A DNA stretch of 64,000 bases from an uncultured archaeon. Lineage in GTDB: Archaea; Asgardarchaeota; Lokiarchaeia; Sigyniarchaeales; SOKP01. The stretch lies in assembly GCA_964447495.1 (NCBI GenBank), contig CAYUTF010000001.1, positions 64,870 through 128,869 on the forward strand, written 5' to 3'. A program made the translations under genes and the position numbers. Under the pieces are notes generated by a model that did not search any database, had not been told where the DNA came from, and saw nothing but the letters and a program-made list of their open reading frames with translations. Position 1 is the first letter of the stretch. Each line of letters opens with the position of its first letter. This document shows positions 20,741-29,976 of this stretch, piece by piece.

Positions 20741-22639
20741 TTATTCATAATCTGCATCTACTACATTATCATCTTGACCTGTGGCTTTTCGAAATTGCTC
20801 TTCTTCGATTTCATCTTTTGATTTACCTTGATTTCCATGGTTCGCTCCAGGTGGTGCTCCACCCATCCCTCCGGGAGGTGGTCCTTGACTTCCTTGTTGT
20901 TGTCCGTACATTCTTGAAGATACTTCATGTAGTGACTTCTGTAAAGCCTCACTTGTGGATTTAATTCGTTTTACGTCTTCAGCTTCAACGGCACTTCGTA
21001 ATTCAGAAATCTTTTCTAGAATTCTCGATTTCAAATCTCCAATCACTGATTCATTATCTTTTAATAATTTCTCTGTTTGATAAATCAATGCTTCTGCTTG
21101 ATTTTTCGCTTCAGTTAATTCTTTGAATTTTCTATCATCTTCAGCATGTCTCTCGGCTTCACGTACTTTTTGTTCAATATCATCTTCAGACATTTTCGTT
21201 GATGCAGTTATCGTGATTGATTGCATTTTTCCTGTACCTTTATCTTGTGCTGATACGTTAAGTATTCCATTTTGATCAATATCAAAAGTGACCTCAATCT
21301 GAGGAACGCCTCGAGGTGCGGGAGGGATTCCCGTTAAATGAAATTTACCTAAAGTAATATTATCTAAGGCTTTTGGTCGCTCTCCTTGTAATACATGAAT
21401 CTCAACGGCGGGTTGATTGTCTGCTGCTGTAGAGAATGTCTCTTTCTTCTTCGTTGGAATCGTTGTGTTTCTATCGATTAATTTGGTAAACACTCCACCT
21501 AAAGTCTCAACTCCTAAGGATAATGGCGTAACATCGAGTAATAGTAAATCTTCGACTTCACCAGTTAGTACTCCTCCTTGAACTGCGGCGCCAATTGCTA
21601 CACATTCCATTGGATCAATGCTTCGCTCGGGTTTTCTGCCTAAAAATGATTCAAACTTATCTTGAACACTGGGCATTCGAGTAGGACCTCCGACTAAAAT
21701 TACTTTATCGACTTCACCCTTCTGAAGACCTGCATCTCTTAATGCTTTAATAATAGGTGCTTCCAAGCGCGTTATAACCGGATCGATTAATTGTTCTAAT
21801 TTTGCTCTCGTAAGGTTCATGTTTAGATGTTTCGCACCTGTATTTGTAGCTGTAATATAAGGTAAGTTGAGATCAGTTGTAATTGAAGTAGACAACTCAA
21901 TTTTAGCTCGTTCTGCTGCTTCTTGTATTCGTTGCATTGCCATCGAATCACTTCGCAAATCAACACCTTCAGTTTTTTTGAATTCATCAACAATGTAATC
22001 TACAAGAATTTTATCCATATCAGTACCGCCTAACTGTGTGTCTCCTGCGGTAGAGATAACTTCAAAAATTTGATTATCCATCTCCATAATTGTAACATCA
22101 AATGTACCTCCACCTAAATCCAATACGGCTATTTTCATATGCGCATCTTTCTTATCTAATCCATAAGCTATTGCTGCGGCAGTGGGCTCGTTAATTAAAC
22201 GTTTAACATCTAATCCCGCGATCCTTCCCGCATCTTTGGTAGCTTGTCTCTGATTATCATTGAAATATGCCGGTACGGTAATTATCGCTTCTGTAACCTC
22301 TTCTCCTAAGTACGCACTCGCATCTTCCCTGATTTTACGTAATATCATTGCTGAAATCTCCTGAGGTGTGTAATCCTTACCGTCAATGGTCACTTTATAT
22401 GAAGTCCCCATCTTTCGTTTAATTGCGGTAATTGTTCTGTCAGGATTGGAAATCGCTTGTCTTCGAGCTGGCTCACCAACAAGTCTCTGCCCGTCCTTTG
22501 TAAAGGCTACTACTGAAGGAAAGGCTTTCCCACCTAATGTGCTTCCCTCAGCACTCGGTATAATCGTTGGTTTTCCACCAATTAATACAGCTGCTGCTGA
22601 ATTTGAAGTTCCAAGGTCAATTCCTATGATTTTACTCAT
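20741..22639 (-). CDS. dnaK: Hsp70 chaperone DnaK
   Basis: 632 aa. Hsp70 signatures [19 protein letters not shown] and [11 protein letters not shown], with a bacterial-type C-terminus ending ...[10 protein letters not shown]. Confidence 0.97.
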   Translation of the reverse strand: MSKIIGIDLGTSNSAAAVLIGGKPTIIPSAEGSTLGGKAFPSVVAFTKDGQRLVGEPARRQAISNPDRTITAIKRKMGTSYKVTIDGKDYTPQEISAMILRKIREDASAYLGEEVTEAIITVPAYFNDNQRQATKDAGRIAGLDVKRLINEPTAAAIAYGLDKKDAHMKIAVLDLGGGTFDVTIMEMDNQIFEVISTAGDTQLGGTDMDKILVDYIVDEFKKTEGVDLRSDSMAMQRIQEAAERAKIELSTSITTDLNLPYITATNTGAKHLNMNLTRAKLEQLIDPVITRLEAPIIKALRDAGLQKGEVDKVILVGGPTRMPSVQDKFESFLGRKPERSIDPMECVAIGAAVQGGVLTGEVEDLLLLDVTPLSLGVETLGGVFTKLIDRNTTIPTKKKETFSTAADNQPAVEIHVLQGERPKALDNITLGKFHLTGIPPAPRGVPQIEVTFDIDQNGILNVSAQDKGTGKMQSITITASTKMSEDDIEQKVREAERHAEDDRKFKELTEAKNQAEALIYQTEKLLKDNESVIGDLKSRILEKISELRSAVEAEDVKRIKSTSEALQKSLHEVSSRMYGQQQGSQGPPPGGMGGAPPGANHGNQGKSKDEIEEEQFRKATGQDDNVVDADYE

Positions 22640-22733
22640 ACTTTTTCACTCCTTTTTTATTTTTTATTTTTTAATTTTTTATTTAATTATTTATTCAATT
22701 TTTTGTTTTGATTTTTTATTTTAAATTTCATTT

Positions 22734-23414
22734 TTAAATTACATCTTTAATTTTTGATACTTTCACCCTTGCGGGTTTCAATACCTTGTTATTTAAATAA
22801 TAACCTTTATCAATTTCTTCTAAAATAGTATTTTCTGGAAGATCATTATTCTCTTCTACCAAAATCGCATCATGCTTATACGGATCAAATTTTTCCCCTT
22901 TACAATTCATCGGTTTAACCCCTTCCTCTTCAAGAATCTTCTCGAAATTGCTAATGATCATTTTGAATCCTTTTTGTATTGACTCATCACTATTATTGAC
23001 TTCTAAGATTTTTAAAGCTCGCAATAAATCTTCATAATGATTTATTAGCTTTTTAACGATTTTTTCCTTAAGTATCGTGTCATAGTGCTCTTTATCACGC
23101 TGAACTGATTTTTTATAATTTTCAAAATCCGCTTGCGTTCTCACCAGTGAATTTAAGTACTTGTCCGTCTTCTCCTTTAACTCTTTTAGCCGCCGACCGT
23201 CGTCTTTTAAATCGTTAAGCTCCTTATGAAGCGCTGTTTTTTCAGCTTGGGCTTGATCTAACTTTTTTGCTAAAATTTCGTAATTGGTTGCTATATCCTT
23301 TAGTCTCTTGTATTCTTGCCTTGATATAGCCACCTTATTATTAGGATCTTCCAATGCTTTCCTTTGGTTAAAAAAATCTCCATAAAAGTCTTCAAACACC
23401 ATATTTTTTACCAT
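22734..23414 (-). CDS. grpE: Nucleotide exchange factor GrpE
   Basis: 226 aa. N-terminal coiled coil, then GrpE core motifs (RTQADFENYKK ... FDPYKHDAI ... GYYLNNKVLKPARVKV). Confidence 0.9.
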   Translation of the reverse strand: MVKNMVFEDFYGDFFNQRKALEDPNNKVAISRQEYKRLKDIATNYEILAKKLDQAQAEKTALHKELNDLKDDGRRLKELKEKTDKYLNSLVRTQADFENYKKSVQRDKEHYDTILKEKIVKKLINHYEDLLRALKILEVNNSDESIQKGFKMIISNFEKILEEEGVKPMNCKGEKFDPYKHDAILVEENNDLPENTILEEIDKGYYLNNKVLKPARVKVSKIKDVI

Positions 23415-23435
23415 TTTATTTTTCTATTATTTCTC

Positions 23436-23452
23436 GTCAATCCTTAATTGAC
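23436..23452. promoter_or_regulatory. Short inverted repeat GTCAAT-N5-ATTGAC in the grpE 5' region (candidate operator)
   Basis: GTCAAT (23436-23441) and ATTGAC (23447-23452) lie 22-38 nt upstream of the grpE ATG, downstream of a TTTAAATA-like TATA element on the - strand. Confidence 0.2.
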
Positions 23453-23643
23453 AATCATTCGTTAATAACTAAGTATGACAATAAGTATTTAAATGTTTTG
23501 ATTTTATATTATAAATACCTTTTATGCATGCGAAAGTCTGGTATTTCTTTCAAAGTTTCAATAAATTCAACAATATTTAGAGAATTCATTAATTCGTATA
23601 ATAGTATATATTTAAATAGTTTAGTTTCTACATTATTAGTGTA

Positions 23644-25029
23644 ATGCCGAAACCAAGTCCAGAAGAGATAATTAATGGGCTAAAGCGGGGGGATTTAGCA
23701 AAAAGCGATGCCATTGCACTCTTGATCTCCTATATAAAAAACAGTGAAAAGAAGGAAGAGCGAGTCAAAAGTATTGAGCTTTTAAACCAATTAGAGATGG
23801 AAGATGAAGGTTTATTTGATACATTTGAAGAATTGGCAGTATCTGATTCGGATTATGAAATAAGCGCTCTTTCCGCTGAGATAATAATAAAGAGCTATTT
23901 TGAAAGGGGTTTAAAATCGATTAAATGGATTTTAGAGCACTTTAGTTCGCCATATCAGCTTGCGAAGGTGTTGCGTTCACTTCTGAGGTACAAACCAGAC
24001 TTTTTACGGACATTTTTACTAGAGGAGCTGGATAATATTGTTTTAGGGTATATCAAACAGTTTCACCATTTACATAAATCGTTTATCAACGGTCTAATTG
24101 CCGATTACAAAGAAATTTTTAAAAATAGGGAAATATCGGAGTTTTCGACTGAGCATTTAATGGACATACTCATTAACTTTCAAACTGTGGTATTTATTGA
24201 TGTATATTATGAAATTTGGGGCACTCTTGTGGTTTATTTCAAGGACGGGTACGTAGTCGAGTTTGAGATGGAATTTCCTCCCGAAGATATAAAAAAGATT
24301 GGCGATTTCGAAGGAATCTTTAATTTTGAAAGATTAGAGCGAATCTCATTAACATATACGTCTCTTGAAGATCTTGAAGGGATTGAGAAGTTTACTAAGC
24401 TTATACATTTGGGTATTAGACAAAGTGAGCTAAAGGAGATGAAGCATGTTAATAAATTAAAAAATTTAGAGATTTTGGCTTTAATGGGCAGTAAATTGAC
24501 AGAAATAGCTGGATCAGAGGGTTTGCAGAAGTTAAACGAGTTGCACTTAGAGTCGAATGCGATCAGAGAAATTAAGAATTTAGATTCTCTAAAAAATTTG
24601 GAGTTTCTTGCCTTAAATTTTAATAAGATTCAAGAAATTAAGGGTTTGGAAAATTTAACTAATATTAGAACTATATATTTGGCTGGGAATAAGATTACTA
24701 AAATAAGTGGATTGGAGACTTTAACAAATTTAGAAGATTTGGATCTTGCAGAAAATAGGGTAAAAAAGATAGAGGGCCTTGAAGGATTAACAAAATTAGA
24801 AAGGTTAGATTTAGATATGAATGAGATCGAGATTTTAGAAAACATAGCGCAGTTGGAAGCTTTGGAGTCTTTAACTCTAAGCAATAATAGGATTTCGCAG
24901 ATTAAGGGATTGGAAAAGAGAATTAACCACATCGTTATATTTTTAGAGGGAAATCCACTTTCAGAGAATGTAATTAAGTATGTGCAAGAATTCACAAATA
25001 AAAAAAAAAAGATAGTAATTAAATTTTAA
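23644..25029 (+). CDS. Leucine-rich repeat protein (SDS22/internalin-type 22-residue LRRs) with N-terminal HEAT-like helical region
   Basis: 461 aa. Nine consecutive 22-aa repeats of pattern LxxLxLxxNxIxxIxGLExLxx from residue about 231. Confidence 0.85.
   Translation: MPKPSPEEIINGLKRGDLAKSDAIALLISYIKNSEKKEERVKSIELLNQLEMEDEGLFDTFEELAVSDSDYEISALSAEIIIKSYFERGLKSIKWILEHFSSPYQLAKVLRSLLRYKPDFLRTFLLEELDNIVLGYIKQFHHLHKSFINGLIADYKEIFKNREISEFSTEHLMDILINFQTVVFIDVYYEIWGTLVVYFKDGYVVEFEMEFPPEDIKKIGDFEGIFNFERLERISLTYTSLEDLEGIEKFTKLIHLGIRQSELKEMKHVNKLKNLEILALMGSKLTEIAGSEGLQKLNELHLESNAIREIKNLDSLKNLEFLALNFNKIQEIKGLENLTNIRTIYLAGNKITKISGLETLTNLEDLDLAENRVKKIEGLEGLTKLERLDLDMNEIEILENIAQLEALESLTLSNNRISQIKGLEKRINHIVIFLEGNPLSENVIKYVQEFTNKKKKIVIKF
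24334..24927 (+). repeat. 9 x 66-bp in-frame coding tandem repeat (LRR units)
   Basis: Repeat units read from the translation, e.g. LEFLALNFNKIQEIKGLENLTN, IRTIYLAGNKITKISGLETLTN and LEDLDLAENRVKKIEGLEGLTK. Confidence 0.8.
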
Positions 25030-25034
25030 TCTCT

Positions 25035-25148
25035 TTATCTGAATTTCGTTGGGAACAGTTTTTTTCCGATGAACGCAGCGAAAGCAAGTATTAATGCAAA
25101 CGGACCGAATCGTGAGACGAAGTCCAGTTCTCCTGGAGGAGGAGGCAT
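25035..25148 (-). CDS. Candidate 37-aa small membrane protein, or remnant C-terminal anchor
   Basis: Not in the ORF track. Sits in a locally GC-richer patch of an otherwise AT-rich spacer. It translates to MPPPPGELDFVSRFGPFALILAFAAFIGKKLFPTKFR: a proline run, one TM helix and a basic tail. Confidence 0.25.
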   Translation of the reverse strand: MPPPPGELDFVSRFGPFALILAFAAFIGKKLFPTKFR

Positions 25149-25319
25149 TCTGCTATGATCCTTGTCTTTGCTTGGTTCATCATCATCTTCTTGGCAATTG
25201 GATCAAACTCCGTTAAATTCTTCAGGTAACAGATGGGACTGAGGAAAGTTGTTTAGTTTACTATTTAACCATAAATGCAAAAGCTTTTTTAACTAAAAAT
25301 TTTAAACTATAATAGTAGG

Positions 25320-25919
25320 GTGAAATTATTGGAAAGATGGAAAGGTGCATTTTATTCTGGATTATTGCTGGTAATTGTTGGTTTAAGTGTTCCAGTGGTA
25401 GGATTAATCTTTTTTTTTATTGAACCATCAAATCAAGATACTATGTTTTTTGATTACTTATCTCGGTACTTAATCGGGGGGTTGCCGTTATTAATTTGGG
25501 GTATTGTACAAATGTATACTTCTTATAAACATCGGGAAGATATCACATATTTTGCTCATGGTGTTTTGTTTATTGATACGAAAAGTTTGAAAGGTCTGTT
25601 AAACGATGGAATTATTGAGGGAAAAGGAACTTATATGGAACCCTATTATATTGTTAAACGTGAGTATAATATTGGGCTGATTAGGATAAGAGATATTGAA
25701 GATTTTTTACTTATAGAAGGATGGAACATCCCAGTTCTTATTATTTTCAAATGTGAAAACATTATAATTGATTATAATATTTTTAAAAAAGTTAAAATTA
25801 GAGAATCTCACAACCTAACCCTTAAAAACAATACAATCGAATTTTTACATCTCATTAATGCATATTTCGATTTAAGAGAAAATAATGATATTAAAAAGCT
25901 TAGAGAAGTCTTTCCTTAG
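25320..25919 (+). CDS. Membrane protein of unknown function (2 N-terminal TM helices plus soluble domain)
   Basis: 199-aa ORF with a GTG start. A partial paralogue lies at 26681-26851. Confidence 0.55.
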   Translation: MKLLERWKGAFYSGLLLVIVGLSVPVVGLIFFFIEPSNQDTMFFDYLSRYLIGGLPLLIWGIVQMYTSYKHREDITYFAHGVLFIDTKSLKGLLNDGIIEGKGTYMEPYYIVKREYNIGLIRIRDIEDFLLIEGWNIPVLIIFKCENIIIDYNIFKKVKIRESHNLTLKNNTIEFLHLINAYFDLRENNDIKKLREVFP

Positions 25920-26096
25920 TTAAAATAACCAAAAATCATAGTTAAATGAGGATTACTTTATTTTTTTCTTCAAAATAATGATTCTGCTCAAACATTAGTA
26001 TTGAAGTTTTATTCTAAAATGAATCATTTTTAATCATTTAAAGCTCAAGAATAAAATCTTCGTTTTATTTAATAGGTTAATAAACATAATTCTTAA

Positions 26097-26567
26097 TTGA
26101 CTAAAATGAGTGAAAAAAACAATGAAAATTTACCAAACCAAAATGATCAAAAACCTTCAAAACCTAAATGGTGGAAACCGTTTTGGATATTGACTGCTAT
26201 TTCGATGGTCGGTTCGGGAGTTTTTTCTTATTTTTTCTTACATACCGAATTTGTACGTATTATTTTCTATGAAATTCTATTTTCATTAGTCTTGGGTGGT
26301 GCCTATTATTTCCGCGTAAGACCTTCTAAGAAGGTAAATAAAATAGTTTTCATTTTATTTGGAATCACTCCAATTGGGTTTGGATTATGGATAATATACG
26401 CAGTTATGTGTGGTTTATCCAATTTTTGCCAGTTCCTAAACAATCTTAGACCTTATGGGGTTTGGCTTAATTTAACATTTCAAATAATTCTTTTTATTAT
26501 AGGAGGATTTATTGGGAATTGGATTGGTAAAAAAAGAGATTATAGAATTCCTTTCAGCCTATATTAA
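26097..26567 (+). CDS. Membrane protein of unknown function (4 TM)
   Basis: 156-aa ORF with a polar N-terminus followed by hydrophobic helices. Confidence 0.5.
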   Translation: MTKMSEKNNENLPNQNDQKPSKPKWWKPFWILTAISMVGSGVFSYFFLHTEFVRIIFYEILFSLVLGGAYYFRVRPSKKVNKIVFILFGITPIGFGLWIIYAVMCGLSNFCQFLNNLRPYGVWLNLTFQIILFIIGGFIGNWIGKKRDYRIPFSLY

Positions 26568-26680
26568 AATTTTAATAAACTTAAAAATTAAACTGCTCCT
26601 GTCTTATTCCTATACAAGAATTTTCCTAATTCTTAAACCTTTAATTATTTGATTTCTTATTTCGAAGACTAATAGGAGGA

Positions 26681-26851
26681 ATGCCATTTATTATTTTTGG
26701 TCTTATAAATATGTTTCTTTCTTATAAAAAGCGCGAAGATCACACTTATTTTTCTCAAGGAGTAATGCTTATTAATCAAAAAACTCTTTGGAATTTACTA
26801 TACGAAGGAGTTATTTCGATAGGAAAGAAAACAATACCATCAATAAAATAA
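26681..26851 (+). pseudogene. Truncated paralogue of the 25320-25919 gene
   Basis: 56 codons not in the ORF track. GGMPFIIFGLINMFLSYKKREDHTYFSQGVMLINQKTLWNLLYEGVISIGKKT aligns with GGLPLLIWGIVQMYTSYKHREDITYFAHGVLFIDTKSLKGLLNDGIIEGKGT (residues about 53-105 of the 199-aa protein). It lacks the first TM helix and the C-terminal half. Confidence 0.45.
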
Positions 26852-26890
26852 CAGAATTTAAGCCTTGAATTTTTAACCTATCTATAAAGA

Positions 26891-27352
26891 TTATATATTA
26901 TTCCTTTCGCAAACATCCTTAAGCTTATTTAAAGCATTGTTCCATGCTCTATCAAAAAAATTGTAGGCTTCAAGCCAGTTCTCATCATTTCTCCAGCCAG
27001 TATGAAACAATTGCACTAAAGTTTTATTTGGATTATCAACCGCATTATTGAAGGTGATAATCACATGCGTCAGGGGTTCGGCTGTATTCATAAAGGATTT
27101 AAACTGTACTGGTCCTTTCCATTCAAATGAGATAAAGGTATCTTCTTCAAATCCGGTGATTTTGCACCCAATCGTGCTATTAATTTCTTTATTTTCAGGC
27201 TCCCAGAAGAGCTCATATTTCCCTCCTAAATGTGGTTGAACATCGGCTTTTTCTGTGAGCCACTTTTCTAATAATTCATTAGCTGTAAAAAACTCAAACG
27301 CTCGGTGAACATTACACTCAAGCTCTAGCTTAATATGTATGATTTTTTGCAT
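26891..27352 (-). CDS. SRPBCC/AHSA1-like (START fold) protein
   Basis: 153 aa. The pattern WLTEKADVQPHLGGKYELFW...ITGFEEDTFISFEWKG...TGW is typical of Aha1/SRPBCC family proteins. Confidence 0.7.
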   Translation of the reverse strand: MQKIIHIKLELECNVHRAFEFFTANELLEKWLTEKADVQPHLGGKYELFWEPENKEINSTIGCKITGFEEDTFISFEWKGPVQFKSFMNTAEPLTHVIITFNNAVDNPNKTLVQLFHTGWRNDENWLEAYNFFDRAWNNALNKLKDVCERNNI

Positions 27353-27458
27353 GATGCTAAACCATTAACCTTTTGATTGAAAATATCTTCCATAGTATTA
27401 AATTATGTGTTGAATTTAAAATTTTTACTATTAGATAAACCATAAAAGATGGAGTATT

Positions 27459-28676
27459 ATGAAGTATAGAAGGATGGGCAATCTAGATTGGGAGGTTTCA
27501 GCCTTAGGTTTTGGGTGCATGCGGTTGCCAACAATAAACGTAAAAGATGAAAAGACAAATGAAAGTAGGCAAGTAATAAATAAAGAGTACGCAATAGAGA
27601 TGATAAGGTATGGCATTGATAATGGAATCAATTATATCGACACTGCTTGGCCTTATCATGAGGGAGAAAGCGAAATAGTAGTTGGAGAAGCACTTAAAGA
27701 CGGCTATCGGGAAAAAGTGAAGTTAGTTACGAAACTTCCAACGTGGTTAATAAAGGATGAGAACGATTTTGATACGTTCTTAGTAAAACAACTTAAAAAA
27801 CTACAAACTGATTATTTAGATATTTACCTCTTTCATTCTCTTGGGAAAAGCCATTTTGAGATTGTTAAAAAGTGCAATTTAATTAAAAAGATGGAGGAAG
27901 CAAGAGGGAATGGGTTAGTCAAGCATATTGGATTTTCATTCCATGATTCGTTAAAGGTTTTCAAAGAAATCATTGATTATTATGATTGGGACGCCGCTCA
28001 AATTCAGTATAATTACTTCGACATTAATTATCAAGCAGGAGTAAAGGGTTTGAAATATGCTGCGGATAAAGGGATTGCGATGATTATTATGGAACCCCTC
28101 TGGGGAGGAAAATTAACGCGCTCATTTTTCGAAGTAGAGGATGTCATAAAAAAAGCTCATATTAAGCGATCTCTCGCAGATTGGGCTCTCCAATTTCTAT
28201 GGAATCAGCCAGAAGTGTCTGTAGTGTTATCTGGAATGGGGGAATTATGGCAAGTTAAAGAAAACATTGAGAGTGCCAAAAATTCAGCAATTAATTCATT
28301 GAAGGGTGAGGAAATGGACGTAATTTCAAAATTGCGAGTGAATTTTTCCAAGTTTATTACAATCCCTTGTACTTCCTGCGAGTATTGCATTCCCTGTCCG
28401 AATTCTGTAAACATTCCCCTGAATTTACGGATATTAAACGATTTTATTTGGTTTGGAGAAGAACATAGGGAACGATTTAAGGGAATGTATACCAAATTCT
28501 TAAAAACTGAAGAGGAAATGAAGGAATCGGGAGCAGAAGGGGCGGGAAATGCAAGTTTGTGTATAGAATGTGGGGAGTGTCTTGAAAAATGTCCCCAAAA
28601 AATTCCAATTCCCGATGTTTTAAAGAAAGTAGATGAAATTTTAGGGAAAAACAAGAAAATTACTGATTATTTTTAA
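27459..28676 (+). CDS. Aldo/keto reductase with C-terminal 4Fe-4S cluster domain (COG1453-like)
   Basis: 405 aa. AKR N-terminus (LGFGCMRLP, IDTAWPYHEGESE) and C-terminal Cys motifs CTSCEYCIPCP and CIECGECLEKCP. Confidence 0.85.
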   Translation: MKYRRMGNLDWEVSALGFGCMRLPTINVKDEKTNESRQVINKEYAIEMIRYGIDNGINYIDTAWPYHEGESEIVVGEALKDGYREKVKLVTKLPTWLIKDENDFDTFLVKQLKKLQTDYLDIYLFHSLGKSHFEIVKKCNLIKKMEEARGNGLVKHIGFSFHDSLKVFKEIIDYYDWDAAQIQYNYFDINYQAGVKGLKYAADKGIAMIIMEPLWGGKLTRSFFEVEDVIKKAHIKRSLADWALQFLWNQPEVSVVLSGMGELWQVKENIESAKNSAINSLKGEEMDVISKLRVNFSKFITIPCTSCEYCIPCPNSVNIPLNLRILNDFIWFGEEHRERFKGMYTKFLKTEEEMKESGAEGAGNASLCIECGECLEKCPQKIPIPDVLKKVDEILGKNKKITDYF

Positions 28677-28757
28677 ATCAATTTCTCTTTAATTGCTTCA
28701 GAAGATTTATAAATATGAAGCGTCTTCATCTTCAAAAAAGAATTATTGTGAAAAATT

Positions 28758-29642
28758 ATGGGAACTTTCAAAGATCAATATAAGAATATGAATCAAGCAT
28801 ACAAAGCTTCTTCAAAGATACTTGAAAAGCGAATGGAAAAAGAGAGACCGCTGGATTTAGAGATTTTGAAAAAAGTCGACGAGTCTTCCATTATAATTGT
28901 AGCGGGAACTTACGATAAAATAGAGTTAGTATTAGACTTAATCAATATACCTTACGTACTTATTCAACCGCATGATTTTGATAAAATTAATTTAAAGCCG
29001 GATCAAATTTTAATTATCAACTGTCCAGGAAATATTACGGAAGGGCTTGAAAAGATCAAAACCTTTGTAAAAAAAGGGGGGTTTTTGTTTACAACCGATT
29101 GGGCATTATTAAATATCCTAGAGAAAATATTTCCGAGCTACGTAAAATACAATCAGAGACCTACTGCTGACGATTGTGTGCGAGTCGAGGTGGTTGATAA
29201 ATCCAATAAGTTTCTCGAAGGATTATTTCAAGGAGATGCGGATCCGATATGGTGGCTGGAGAGCTCTTCTTATCCAATTGAAATTCTTGATAAGGAAAAA
29301 ATAAAAGTCTTAGTCAGAAGCAAAGAGATGAAAGAAAAGTATGGAGAAGCTCCAATTGTGATAACTTTTGATTATGGGGATGGCGGAACTGTACTGCACA
29401 TGACCAGCCACTATTATCTTCAACGATCAGAGTTAAGAACAAAACGCCACAAATCAAGCGCGAAAGATTATTTAGTATCCGAAATGGGCTTTTCTAAAAA
29501 AGAAGCAGATGAGATTGAAGAACTCGAAGGGCTTTCTCTTGGAGAAGCAGAAAATGCATACTCCACAACTCAATTTATTAGCAATGTAATAGTCGAGCAA
29601 CAGAAGAAAGTGAAAAAAAGAAAAGAACAGAATAAAGAATAA
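28758..29642 (+). CDS. Hypothetical protein, possibly class-I glutamine amidotransferase-like (ThuA/DUF4159-like) fold
   Basis: 294-aa ORF. The pattern IIIVAGTYDKIELVLDLINIPYVLI...ILIINCPGN...KKGGFLFTTDWAL resembles GATase1-like domains. K/E-rich C-terminal tail. Confidence 0.5.
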   Translation: MGTFKDQYKNMNQAYKASSKILEKRMEKERPLDLEILKKVDESSIIIVAGTYDKIELVLDLINIPYVLIQPHDFDKINLKPDQILIINCPGNITEGLEKIKTFVKKGGFLFTTDWALLNILEKIFPSYVKYNQRPTADDCVRVEVVDKSNKFLEGLFQGDADPIWWLESSSYPIEILDKEKIKVLVRSKEMKEKYGEAPIVITFDYGDGGTVLHMTSHYYLQRSELRTKRHKSSAKDYLVSEMGFSKKEADEIEELEGLSLGEAENAYSTTQFISNVIVEQQKKVKKRKEQNKE

Positions 29643-29688
29643 GTAAATATTTCTGTGGAAGAAACTTTAGTTTTTGAATAGTGAGAGG

Positions 29689-29889
29689 CTATAACTCTCT
29701 TAAATTTTTTTTAATTTTGTTATAAAGGTTTTTTAATCCAATATCTTCAATAAAGGAATCAAATTTTGATTTTGGCTGGATTTTATTTTCAGAAACAGGT
29801 TTAGATGCAATAATTAAATCTGAACCACAATACTCGCATACCTTTTGGTTCCTATCGAAATACTCTTTATTACAGTTAGGACAATTCAT
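29689..29889 (-). CDS. Small zinc-ribbon protein
   Basis: 66 aa with CPNC...CEYC at the N-terminus. Confidence 0.5.
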   Translation of the reverse strand: MNCPNCNKEYFDRNQKVCEYCGSDLIIASKPVSENKIQPKSKFDSFIEDIGLKNLYNKIKKNLREL

Positions 29890-29976
29890 TTGATTGAAAT
29901 AATTTTTAGTTAAATAATAGTATATTATTCAAAAATATAAGATTTTCAATTTCAATAAAAATAAAAAAGAAAAAAA

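Noticed and set aside
17978-22724. Shadow ORFs within the chaperone operon (17978-18211, 18527-18748, 19000-19182, 20272-20463, 20761-20952, 22386-22724).
   Set aside because: They lie opposite or out of frame to clpB, dnaJ and dnaK, which are unambiguous. No independent motifs or ribosome-binding sites support them.
24630-24995. 121-aa antisense ORF across the LRR repeats, and the idea that the 66-bp periodicity at 24334-24927 could be a CRISPR-like or satellite array.
   Set aside because: The periodic units are in frame and translate into a textbook LRR consensus. There are no unique spacers between identical repeats, so this is a coding repeat and not a CRISPR array.
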